Part shown: piece by piece, positions 19,612 to 32,677 of the stretch
Numbering within the stretch: position 1 is the first letter of the stretch
How the letters are laid out: each line of letters starts with the position of its first letter
NCBI GenBank assembly: GCA_020137815.1
Contig: CM035356.1
Coordinates: 5,394,001-5,458,000, forward strand
DNA length: 64,000 nt
Source: Hormiphora californensis
Lineage: Eukaryota; Animalia; Ctenophora
Direction of reading: 5' to 3'
Program-made: the position numbers and the translations under genes
The notes under the pieces: model-generated
What the model was told of the DNA's origin: nothing
Seen by the model: the letters and a program-made list of their open reading frames with translations, nothing else
Database searches by the model: none

Positions 19612-22600
19612 TTTTATCATGGAAAAATTAGAACGTTATATACAATAAATAAATGTCAATAAATAAAGCCGCACGTCCCGGGCTCCACCAACATGGAGTC
19701 AGTCCACTATAACAGGTGGCACCCAGAGTAAAAATATATATTAAAAATTGTTCTTAATTAAACCTATAAAAACAGTTCTCAACTCTCAACCCTTCACTGC
19801 ATGCTGGTAGAAGAAGATAACGGTGCGCTGAAGAGGAGGGAGGTGGTCTAATGGCGGCGTCCGAGGCAGGAGAGCTGGAGTGGTGTGTCTGTAGTAGCTG
19901 GGAAAGTTAAGGGGGAGCAGGGGGTGTAATAGATTTAAATAGGCGGGTCTTCAGTCCAATCGAGAAAATATCAAGGGAAGATGATTGTCTGATTTCGACT
20001 GGGAGTTCATTCCATTTAGGGTAAGTTCTGACAAAAAAGCTGTTTCTAAAGGCAGAGCTCAGAGGTTGAACAGTACAGCCAACCGTGGTGAAATCGACAA
20101 GGTCAATTATGTCACGGTTAGCCCGGGTTCGGTAAGAGATGTCAGTAGGGCTCTTAAGAAAGAGATAAGGGGGAAGATCAAGATTTATAATACCCGAAAT
20201 AACTTTGTAGAACAGCTTGAGATCATTAAAGAGAAAGTGAAGGTGAATAGGGAGAATACTAATGTTGGATAAGTTAAGATAATATATTTCCTCACTCCAA
20301 CTCACAATGGGATTGACGCCATACACCCACTTGATGGCCCTCTTCTGAGCTGCCTCAAGCTTTACACGGAGACCCACCTGAGTGGGGGCCCAAACCTGGG
20401 AACAGTGCTCAAGAAGGGACCTAACAAGAGAGAGGTACAGTATACGTCTCTGGTGAATGTTCTTAATGAAGTGAACAGTTCTACGAAGCATGTTGAAACG
20501 GTCAGTGAACTGCTGAAGTATAAAGTCTATATGATATTTCCATGACAAATCTTGTGACACAAAAACACCCAAATCTCTCTGAGAGTCAACACCAATAAGA
20601 TCAACTCCATTCAATGTATAGTTCATATAAAAGAAAGGAAGTTGACCCCAGGTTTGCACACAACGAGAAGAACAAATAGAAACTACTTTACATTTAAGGG
20701 GGTGTAGAGTCATCTTATTATCAACTGACCATCGATACAAATTATCAATACTGAGTTGTAGGTCTAAGTGATCTCTAAAACTAGTGATTTTATTAAAGAG
20801 CTTGACATCATCAGCATAAACAAGACACTCGCAATCACCTTCGAGACAGTCATACACGTCATTCATAAACAGAACAAACAAGAGGGGACCGATAATACTC
20901 CCCTGTGGTACCCCACTAGCAACAGCCAGGGGGGATGAGAGACTACCGCCAACAGCAACTCTTTGGGTACGGCCCATAAGATAAACACGAATAAGACCCA
21001 ATAATTTACCCGTGATACCAAATTTGGATGTAAGCTTCTCCAAGATGATATCATGACTGACACTATCAAATGCTTTCTTGTAATCGGTATATATAATGTC
21101 AGTTGTCAGTCGGTTGTTATCAGTCTGGAAGAGGGTGTCCGTGAAAGAAATCATCTGACTTAGACAAGATCTCCCAGGGAGAAAACCGTGCTGTCGTCGA
21201 TCAATCTTGTCAAAACAGAGGTCAAGAAGTCGGTTACTCATCATTCTCTCAAAAACTTTCATAGCTATACAAGTAAGAGAAATAGGTCTGTAGTTTCTTA
21301 CATCTCTTTTATCGCCTGACTTGTGGACTGGTACTACATTAGCGGATCTCCAGATGGACGGGAGGTCACTAGTGAAGTAGGCCTGGTTATAGAGCAGGGA
21401 TAGGGGATATGCAAGTACACCAGCACACTTTTTAAATACAATGCTATGGATACCATCAGGGCCAGGCCCCTTACGAGCATTCAGGGCAGATAGAACGGAG
21501 TGTATCTCACTTCCACTGAATTCATAAGAGGCTAAATCCCCAGCATCAAAAATGTTTTCAACAGTCTCCACAATATTGTAGTTACTAGGACTAGAGAAAT
21601 TGGAAACAAAGTGCTGGTTGAACAAGTTAGCTTGTCCCTCCGAGTCTGACTTGAACACCACACCATCATTAACAATGTTGGGTATCCGAGTAGATTTGGA
21701 GTTTACCTTCACCTGTCTCCAAAACTTCTTACTAATGTTATCAGTATCATCAATATCAAGACAATTTCTACTTCTAGAATCACAAACATTTTTAAAATAA
21801 GAACGAGCAGCACTAAAATTGTCATAATCAGATTTCAGACCCGAACTCTTATAACGCTTACGCAGATTCTCTTTTCTAGTTCTGGCATTCTCACACTCGC
21901 TACTCCACCAAATGGGAAGGACAATATTTTTAACAAATTTAGTGGGGATATACTTCTCAATGAGTGAAGTGATGATGGAATTAAAAGCAGAAACATTATA
22001 CTCCATGTCACCAGTAAAAACATTAGTCCAGTTAATGGCACTCAAGTCAGCACATATACTCTCAAAATCACCCTTATCAAATAGTAACACTTTACGTCGG
22101 TCCTCTTTCACATTTTTCACGTCCATGTTAATATTGAAAGTAAGAGGAAAGTGGTCACTCGAACATAGCACATCAGAATCAAGAATATCAAAATTATTTA
22201 CACACTCAGGATCATTTGTAAAACAGAGATCTAAAATACGTCCACCAATATGTGTGGGGGTATTAATCATTTGACTATGCCCCAAGTCATCTAGCAGGTA
22301 CCGCAGAAAACTGTCTTCGATCCCGGTGCGGGGATAGGACAGAGGCCAATCTACACCGGGAAAGTTTAGATCTCCAACAAGTACATGCTTGCAAACATTA
22401 CGACGAGAGAAAATAGCATTAAAATGTTCTTTAAACTGAAGAAAATTATCCTCACTCAAATTTCCAACTCTGTAGAAAGTCGAAACACATAGTTTCTTCC
22501 CAGAAGAGAAAGAAAGGGAGATAGTTAACAACTCGGCTCTAGCTCTAACACCCGAGAAACGAACACTGGTAACATCAATATTCTCACGATGGGCTATAAG

Positions 22601-22847
22601 TACACCACCCCCATTTTCCCTAAACTTAAGAGGGTTATTGGGGTCACGGGGGTGTGTGTACCCAGTTCTATCTTGACGGAAAACTTTATAGTTACGGGGG
22701 AAAACTAGGGAAGAATCAATTTTAGATTTTAGCCACGTCTCATTAAAAATAACTATATCAATATCATTTCTGTAAACATAGTCCTGAATTTCATATACCT
22801 TGGCCATATTCGGGGGAGGGTCAGCTGATCCAACATGACCAGGACTA
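19612..22847 (-). mobile_element. CR1/L2-group non-LTR retrotransposon, open APE+RT ORF2, slightly 5'-truncated
   Basis: APE motifs NETWL, GGGVL, VGDLN, SDHFP; RT motifs GPDG, YRPISLT, QHGF, DYKKAFDSV, GVPQGS, YADD; ~290-bp 3' UTR ending in a short A run. Confidence 0.95.
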
Positions 22848-23272
22848 ATCTCTGATGATGGATCCACTCTTCTTGGGGGGGGGGGTATATGATCTCTGAC
22901 GATGGATCCACTCTTCTCGGGGGGGGGGGGGGGGGGGTGGGGGGGGGGGGGTAAAGTTCTGATGATGGATCCACTCTTCTTGGGGGGGGGGGGGTAGGAT
23001 CTCTGATGATGGATCCACTCTTCTGGGGGGGGGGGAGGGGGGGGGTCTTCTTGGCAAAGATTCTTGTACCATGACATATCTCTCATCATCTTTAGAGCTA
23101 TTCTCCATCTCTCTCTCTCTCTCATCTCTACCTATCTCTTTCTTTCTTGTGTGTGTGCCTGTTTGAGTGTGCATGACAATTCAACCACGTGACTCTATCT
23201 CCAACTGCACTTTGTACTGCGGATCTCTCTCTATATATTCATTGTGTTTCCTCTCTGCACTCTCTCTCTCCC

Positions 23273-23318
<46 letters not shown>

Positions 23319-23380
23319 ACTCTTTAAATTCATTGTATACATCTCTCTCTTTCTCCTAAGAAGGGCAACATCTCTACATA

Positions 23381-24684
23381 ATGAGTAGTATGTCCACTGT
23401 ATCATCATGTTCATTCTCAAGCACGACACTCTCTACCATGGATTACTCTGCACTTCGTCTTGATGGTCGTTACCTCCACACCACACCAGTTGCCCTTGCC
23501 AGTGCCCTCAAAAGTGGAACTCTTTGTCCTCCCTCCGAGGAGGATGTCTATGAGCTCCTCCTAGATTGGACGTACTATGATTTACCCGCGAGAAAGGAGC
23601 ATTTTCCACTGTTGTTTGAGGCGGTTAGGCTGGCGTATGTTCCAAGATGTTATGTTGATAGGATTATTGGGGAGGAACCCCTGGTGAAGGAAAACCCGGT
23701 AACGCGTGGAGCAGTGACACAGTGTCTTAGAATGGCAGCCCAGGTTAGCAAGAACAAGAGCGTTACCAGGGCAACGAGGGAGGATGCGGTGGGAAAGGTA
23801 ATGGGAGGAGCTGCCCGGGATCACCATCAGGAGATATCCATTCTAGTGTGCGGGGGACGGGGTACTGAGACCCTGACTGAGGTATACGACCCTGCTACTA
23901 ACAGTTGGAGACAGCTGGAGGAGAGTGTGGGGAGAAGCAACGCAGATGCGTTTACCCTCCCCAATGGGGTATGTGTGGTGGGGGGAGAGGATAGGTTGAG
24001 AGGAGTGGTCAGTAAGACGTTCTCGTTCTCAACAACCCTGGAAGTTGAGACCCCGGGACAGTGTAGGAGTGGTGCTAGGTGTGCCAGTCTAGAGGGGAGG
24101 ACTTACCTGGTCGGTGGGATGACTCCAGGACGAGGGATATGTGGCCACGGTAGAAAGGTTTACCTATTGAGACTAACAGATGGGTCCCCGTTAAATCCAT
24201 GTCCAGACCTCGATTCTCCTTTGGATGTGCCACACTGGCTGGGTTTATCTACGCCTGTGGGGGGTTCGATGGTGAGCGAGATTTGTCCGAGTGTGAGTTC
24301 TTTATGCCCGAGTGCAATGAATGGACGGAGATAGCACCCCTGAACCGGAGGAGAAGCGGGTGTGCGACTGTGGCAGCAGATGGGAAACTATTCACTTTGG
24401 GAGGATGGGATGGGACACAGGTCCTCTCCTCCTGCGAGGTATACGACCCAAGGGGCAACAGGTGGCAGTCCTATCGCACCCATGAACAGGTCTACGACAT
24501 GGTTTGGTGGCAGGTGGCCATTGGAAATGTGATATATGCTATTGGCGGGTGGAATGGGGAGAAGAAGTTGTCATCTATAGAGTGCTATCACACTAGATCG
24601 GACCATTGGGAGCTTTTGAGGACCGATGAGTAAGGGGCGGTGGCTTCCAACTGCAATAACCATACCATCATCCCTTCATTTGTG
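23381..24684 (+). CDS. Intronless kelch-like protein (BACK remnant plus kelch repeats) with apparent single-base frameshifts
   Basis: SEEDVYELLLDW..RKEHFPLLFEAVRL (BACK); IYACGGFDG, LFTLGGWDG..CEVYDP, IYAIGGWNG (kelch). Frames rejoin after removing single bases at ~24135-24170, 24470-24515 and ~24620. Confidence 0.8.
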
Positions 24685-25010
24685 AGGTAACTTGGGGGTG
24701 AGGGCCAGGGGGGGGGGGGGGGCTGTTGAGTGTTGGAGGTAACGGGAGGGGGGGATGTGTTGCAGTGGAGGACTGGGGAGTGCCATTACCATACCATCAT
24801 CCCTTAATTTGTAATTGTGGGGTGGGTTTTAAAACTAGAGGTATCATATCATTGTCAGTGCGATCATCTAAAACTAGAAGGTTTTGTTCAGTGTTTATTG
24901 TATCACAACTAGATCTTTAGTTTTATTTCAATATCTTATTGTCTTTGTCCATTAGAAAGCTTTTAACAGTTCGCCCATTTAATTTCTATTTCTATCTGTT
25001 TAACCCTTAC

Positions 25011-26013
25011 TAGTAGGGACGAATCTCTCACAAAAAGAAGTGGTTGGCTCACTATTTGGTTCAAAGCAAATTCCGGTTGTAACCCACCTATTTTGACCCG
25101 CTGAACACGATCCCGTCCATAGGCAGGCTCGCAAAAGTGAAGAAAATGCCCAAATCGGCCACGCCCTTTTACCTGTATTTTCAGCCTGTAGCCAAAAACA
25201 TAAATCCTCTTAGAATAGGAGTAGAGACAAATCTGAGGGCACTAAAGTGATCAGCGCCCTCGCATTAGTGGGGGTAGGTGCCGGAATTAAGTCTCTATCT
25301 CATCTGGTTAATTAGATAATTGGATAATTAGGTTTGCGCATAACCGTTTTTTGGCTATATGGCTATAGCCACTTAGGAATGGTTAAGAGACTTTTCACTG
25401 GCGCCATTTTGTAGGCAATAGCCAAGTTATGGGGGGTCGACGTCGGACTTTTAAGCTCTATCTCCAACCGTTTAGCCGTTATTAGGCTTAATCGATGCTC
25501 AAAATGAGCGAAAAACGGTAAAAAGCCCGATTTTGAGCATCGTTTAAGCCAAATAACGGCTAAACGGTTGGAGATAGAGCTTAAAAGTCCGACGTCGACC
25601 CCCCATAACTTGGCTATTGCCTACAAAATGGCGCCAGTGAAAATTCTCTAAACCATTCCTAAGAGGCTATAGCCATATAGCCAAAAAACGGTTATGCGCA
25701 AACCTAATTATCCAATTATCTAATTAACCAGATGAGATAGAGACTTAATTCCAGCACCTACCCCCACTAATGCGAGGGCGCTGATCGCTTTAGTGCCCTC
25801 AGATTTGTCTCTACTCCTATTCTAAGAGGATTTATGTTTTTGGCTACAGGCTGAAAATACAGGTAAAAGGGCGTGGCCGATTTGGGCATTTTCTTCACTT
25901 TTGCGAGCTTGCCTATGGACGGGATCGTGTTCAGCGGGTCAAAATAGGTGGGTTACAACCGGAATTTGCTTTGAACCAAATAGTGAGTCAAAAAGTTAAG
26001 ATTCGTCCCTACT
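25011..26013. mobile_element. ~1-kb near-perfect foldback MITE, TAG termini with 3-bp TAC duplication (Academ-like)
   Basis: tac-TAGTAGGGACGAATCT ... AGATTCGTCCCTACTA-tac; arms of ~460 bp almost identical. Confidence 0.82.
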
Positions 26014-26188
26014 ATACTCAACAAATTTCTATATGTCATTCTTCCCCTTAATTTTAAAGACTGTAGTGCACCTATCAATACACGTCAAACTGATTTAAAT
26101 AGTTGAACTTTATTGCTCTCTGTCTCCCTTTTTGGTGATCAACCCGTGATCACGTGGTGTCTAAAGCATTTTAGTCTCAGTGTCACTG

Positions 26189-26246
<58 letters not shown>

Positions 26247-26255
26247 TCTCTCTCT

Positions 26256-26389
<134 letters not shown>

Positions 26390-26919
26390 GTCTCAGTCAG
26401 TATCACTCTCTTTCTCTCTCTCTCGCTCTCTTACCCCTTCTCTCTTACTTCCCCACTCTTAATCTCCTTAGTTTCTGTTGACGTGACTAAAACGAAAGAC
26501 AATTGGGGGGGGGGACAATTGCCTACCTTCCTTTGAACTCCACTCACCACTTCCACATCCGGGGGGTTGATAGATCTCTCTAATCTCTTGGGAGAGGCAC
26601 CAGGCAGGATATACAATTATAATACCTCACACTTCTCTCCCCTATAACTCAGGAAGATGATACAGAATCCGTTCCAGCGAGAGGTCACGACCATCCGAAG
26701 GAGGGTTCCTACACAAGTCCAAACAGGGATCTCGATCATCTGAAACAAGACATTGAGCACATGTGTTGGACAATATCAGAGAAGTTATAGTATATGGGCA
26801 ATAAGCTGGATGGTGTTCAGGAGAGAAAAAGACAAACCAGAGAGAATCTGAGATAGAGAAATATGGGGTCCTGCTCTATTTCATAGTTTGTAGGCTGAGC
26901 AGCTCCATTTAAAAGTGAG

Positions 26920-27073
26920 ATCGTTACTTTTACTAAAGAGAGCAAGAGTAAGATTGTTACTTTTACAAAAGAGAGCAAGAGTAAGATTGTTACTTTTACT
27001 AAAGAGAGTAAGAGTAAGATTGTTACTTTTACTAAAGAGAGCAAGAGTAAGATTGTTACTTTTACTAAAGAGA
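26920..27073. repeat. 33-bp minisatellite
   Basis: gttacttttactaaagagagcaagagtaagatt, about 4.5 copies. Confidence 0.9.
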
Positions 27074-27338
27074 GATAAGACAATATTGAGGGCAAATGGA
27101 GCTGCTAACCCAGCTGGTAAAAAGTATACTCGGTGATTTGGAACGCTGGAAGATAATTAAAAAGAAGATGTGTAACAAACGATAAACTGAGCTCTCTCTC
27201 TCTCTCTCTCTCTGTATGTTCAATGTTAACTCAATGGTTAACTCAATGTTAACACAATGGTTAACTCAAGGTTAACACAATGTTATTATAACACTGAAAG
27301 TGTCTCTCTCTCTCTCTATGTGTGTGTGTTGTACTATA

Positions 27339-30177
27339 TTAAATCAGTTCACGTCTCCGTAATTCCTTGTAATCCTCGTATTGGTCTTTGTTAGATCTAT
27401 CCGACCTGAGGGGGGGGGGGGGTTGGAATAAATCTTTATGAGTAGGCTTGGGGATATCCCCTTTTTCCTTCGCGGAACAAAGAAGACGTCACGCCAAGGT
27501 AGGAATGTTGAGATTGTTTTAATCTGAATTATTGATTAGTTAATTAATTATTTAGGTATTGTATCGTACCTACCGGGAATCCTTCCGGTCCCTCTTCTCT
27601 CGTTTTCTGTCCCTGGACTTGCTCCGGCTCCTGCTTCTCCGCCTACTGCTCCGGTGATTACCTCCCGAACTACGGTGACTGCCCGACCGGCTGTAATGTT
27701 AATAATATTAGTTGGGATATTAATAAAATGAACAAAAGTTATCACTTATCAGAAATATTAACAATCACTGCACTGAACTGCTCTTATTATAATTGTCCTG
27801 GCCGAAGAGACACAGGAGGGGATAAAAATAAAGAAACCCAGACGAAAGTAAGCGTATGAACTATTGGGGGGTACGTCACCTTTTTTTTGCCCACATTTGC
27901 CCACATTTGCCCACATGGGCAAACTGAAATCTCAAAAAACAGGTATAATGTGGGCAAAGTGGGCAAAAAGTGGGCAAAAATATTATAAGCATCAAAACTT
28001 TACCAGAAAACCCTCTGTGACAAATGTTTTTCACCTCCAATGTCTTCCAAGAGGTCCCCTCTATCGATTCCAACCGATAATTAATGTACTTTCTTATGAC
28101 TTAGGGTTGATAAGGATCCATGTCCGACTGGACAAAAGTGGGCAAAAAATTTTGGCAAAATTAGGCAAAGGCCAGTGATTTTTCGTCATTTTGGGGCTAT
28201 TTATGGAACTGATACATAACAAAGGTTTTCTACTTGCATTGTACTCCAATGGGGTCCCAGGAAAACCAGAAAAATTTTCCACTCCAACCATGTGAGAAAC
28301 GTGCCTAAAATGACCAATTTTCCTAATTTTGCCAACATATTTTGCCCATTTTCCCCAGTTGGATATGGAGCCTTATCAACCCTGAGCAAATAAATTATCG
28401 GTTGGAATCGATATGGGGGACCTCTAGGAGGACATTGGTGGTGAAAAACCTTTGTCACAGACGATTACCTGGTTGATAGCATATATTTTTTATGGATTTT
28501 AATTTTTTGCCTACTTTTGCCTACTTTTGCCCACATTTGCCCACTTTTGCCCATGTGGGCAAATTCAAAATTTAAGAATAATGTGGGCAGTGGGCAAAAA
28601 AAAAGGTGACGTACCCCCCGAACTATTCAGCACTCCGATGAAATCTCACCTGCTTTTCTTCTGGCGTTTCTGTACGTAGGCAAGACACTCCTCTAGGTCC
28701 TCTATGAACCCCTTGCTCTTCGGGTCGTCACTGACTGCACTCATTTTAATGATCTTGAGGGCCGCTGCTACCGTACCCTCCGCCTGGTCATAGTCACCTG
28801 GTGGGGGGTAATTATAATTATAAATTAGTGGGACCTAGACGGGGGGGGGGGGGGATTATAAATTAGTGGGACCTAGTCACCTGGTGGGGGAGAATTATAA
28901 ATTAGTGGGACCTAGTCACCTGGTGGGGGAGAATTATAAATTAGTGGGACCTAGTCACCCATGGTGGGGGAGAATTATAAATTAGTGGGACCTAGTCTCC
29001 TAGTGGGGGATAATTATAAATTAGTGGGACCTAGTCACCCATGGTGGAGGAGAATTATAAATTAGTGGGACCTAGACGTCACCTGGTGGGGGAGAATTAT
29101 AAATTAGTGGGACCTAGACGTCACCTGGTGGGGAGAATTATAAATTAGTGGGACCTAGTAACATGGTGGGAGAGAATTATAAATTAGTGGGACCTAGACG
29201 TCACCTGGTGGGGGAGAATTATAAATTAGTGGGACCTAGTCACCTGGGGAGAATTATAAATTAGTGGGACCTAGTCACCTGGTGGGAGAGATTTATAAAA
29301 TAGTGGGACCTAGTCACCTGGTGGGGGAGAATTATAAATTAGTGGGACCTAGACGTCACCTGGTGGGGGAGAATTATAAATTAGTGGGACCTAGTCACCT
29401 GGTGGGGGATAATTATAAATTAGTGGGACCTAGTCATCTGGTGGGGGAGAATTATAAATTAGTGGGACCTAGACATCACCTGGTGGGGGAGAATTATAAA
29501 TTAGTGGGACCTAGACACCTGCAGTGGGGGGTAATTATAAATTAGTGGGACCTAGTCACCTGGTGGGGGAGAATTATAAATTAGTGGGACCTAGACGTCA
29601 CCTGGGGAGAATTATAATTATAAAATAGTGGGACCTATTCAGGAAAAGAAAGACTGCTAATCTACGTACGTGCATCGCAGCTCTCGTATGCCCGAAGGAT
29701 GGCAGTTTTACACACTTGATGGTTCTTGGCTATCATGTCAGCAACTTCCTGCGAGCTCATACCCACTCCTGTCTGAAATGTGAGTGTTATTGTTCTGTTC
29801 TAACTCTCCTTTACGATATTTGGGGTGCGGTGGGAGAGGGTCGAGCAGGACAGTTCGAGACTTTTCAGTTGGTTGTTTGAGATATCGTTTTTACCCGATT
29901 CTAAATTAAAATTGTTGGAATCTCTATAGTGATTCGTGGAGTGAAATAATTTTCAGGGGTCTCGAGTTTTCTCGCACTGCATTTCCTCACTATATATTTA
30001 AAACGTCTCTCTGGGAGCGTGACGCCAATGCTTATACCAAACAGGGATCAAACCAAGAGGGGGGGGGGGGGGATCAAACCATTTTGAATGACATTTCAAG
30101 TTGATATGACAATCGTCGGGTGATTTTTCTAACAATATGTCATAGCTAGACTACCCCCTTCTATCTCTCTCTCTCTA

Positions 30178-30259
<82 letters not shown>

Positions 30260-32586
30260 TCTCCCTATTACCTGTACTGCAGGCATGGCGGCTGGGATGC
30301 TTGTAGTTGGAGCTGGAAGGGTTGGGGGAGGAAGAAAGGCCGGGTTGATGTGGGCCACAGGCGCCGCCATTGGAGGAGGCATAGGTTGGAAGGGCATCAC
30401 TGAAAAATACTGACATTACTTATTATATGTAGTTACTACTAGGTTCCACTTATTCAATTAGAATTTTGAAAAACATGATCGGTTGCCACTAAAAACGTAC
30501 TTGGTGGACGAGATATGGGAGGAGGCGGTAGCATGGGTGCCATTCCTACTGCCATCCCGACCGGGGGCGGAAGGGGCATGGGAGGGGGCAGGGGCATCCC
30601 CGGGGGCGGCATCCCACCCATCATGGGTGGCATGGGCGGCATTGCCCCATGTGGCGGAGGCAGGACATTTGGAGGCATCGGCATGTGAGGTGGTATAGCT
30701 GGATCAAAACCTAGTGGGAGATTGGAGATGTTAGAAAAGACGTCTGAAAGAAGGATCTAGATGTTAATTTATAGTAGTTATGGGGCCTTGTTAATTAATT
30801 GATTGATTAATTAATGGGGGGGGGCCGGCTGAAGTTTTTGAAGTTTTTGAAGTCAACTTCAAAAACTTCAAAGAGAAACTTAGGGTGGAAAACTTCAAAA
30901 ACTTCAAAAACTTCAAAAACTCATATCTCCTAAACCGTTGGAGATAGGCCCTATGTTGCTTCATAACTCTTATATAAACTTGCATATTCCGAACAAGATG
31001 TACCCCTTTAAGGGTACGCTAACCAAAAATTTTTTTCGAGTGCAGGGAAATCTCTCACCGTGGGGTTGTAGGCCATGCCAAGGAGACCTCAAATATGCAA
31101 TTTGAGCTCTCAAGTCGAATTCATATTTTTGCTACAGCTGTTTAAAAAATGTCCTGTAAATACGTTTTTGGCATCTCAAAATTTTTTTTCTAAAGATAGG
31201 AGCATGAAAATTTGGGGATTTGAAGAGGACATGAAGGTGAATAACCAAAAAATTTTTTTTTGCAATCCGAGCTGATTTCCGGTCCTGAGATGGATTTCTT
31301 TTTTTCCACTTTAACGCCCTATTTGGCAAAGTTCCGAAAACATGTGAAAGCTGTAAATTGGTGAAAAGTTGCGTCTAACGATTATCTAAGTGGCCATAAA
31401 TTTTGGGCGTGTCCTTATTTGAGATAAGCTGTACAGAGGTTTTTTTGTGAAAGCCGTCATTTCAGAAATAAATAAATTCCCTGTATCTCAAAAACGGCTG
31501 ATCGTAGAGACTTGAGACTATGCTTAAACGATTCAGAAGGTCCGATTTTGGGGGGGTCTTCTGAGAGACATTTTGCTCCTACTTCAACCGTTTTTGCTGT
31601 AATTGCGAAAAACAAAAACCCATCTTCGCCATCGTGGATTTTTTGTGATTTTGTTTTGGTGATTATAGGGACCCATATGGACCAAATAGTGAAGGAATTA
31701 GCTTGTTACACACTTTTCCATAGTTTCTGTCCTTTCTTAGCTAAAATTCCCTAATTACAGGATATTGGAGTTTAGCTTTTGCCCTTTTCATAGAATTTGT
31801 TTTTCGCAATTACAGCAAAAACGGTTGAAGTAGGAGCAAAATGTCTCTCAGAAGACCCCCCCAAAATCGGACCTTCTGAATCGTTTAAGCATAGTCTCAT
31901 GTCTCTACGATCAGTCGTTTTTGAGATACACGGAATTTATTTATTTCTGAAATGACGGCTTTCACAAAAAAAACTCTGTACAGCTTATCTCAAATAAGGA
32001 CACGCCCAAAATTTATGGCCACTTAGATAATCGTTAGACGCAACTTTTCACCAATTTACAGCTTTCACATGTTTTCGGAACTTTGCCAAATAGGGCGTTT
32101 AAAGTGGAAAAAAAGAAATCCATCTCAGGACCAGAAATCAGCTCGGATTGCAAAAAAAATTTTTGTGGAAATTTTTTTTAATTTTAATCTTTATTTGGTC
32201 CCTTTTCCTCAAAAAACATTCGCCAACTTAAAAATTTTGAGGTCCGGGGATTCAAACCCGGTAAAAGTTTCCCCGACCAAAAAAATTTTTTTGGTCCCCC
32301 AAAAGCCTAAAAACCTTTAAAAATTGTTGGAATCTCCTTCATAGTGATCTGGAGATGAATAATTTTCAGGGGTCTCGAGTTTTCTCGCACTGCATTTCCT
32401 CACTATATATTTAAAACGTCTCTCTGGGAGCGTGACGCCAATGCTTATACCAAACAGGGATCAAACCAAGAGGGGGGGGGGGGATCAAACCATTTTGAAT
32501 GACATTTCAAGTTGATATGACAATCGTCGGGTGATTTTTCTAACAATATGTCATAGCTAGACTACCCCCTTCTATCTCTCTCTCTC

Positions 32587-32677
<91 letters not shown>

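Noticed and set aside
26653-26790. Possible terminal exon (EDDTESVP...ISEKL*)
   Set aside because: No recognisable homology and no linked upstream exon
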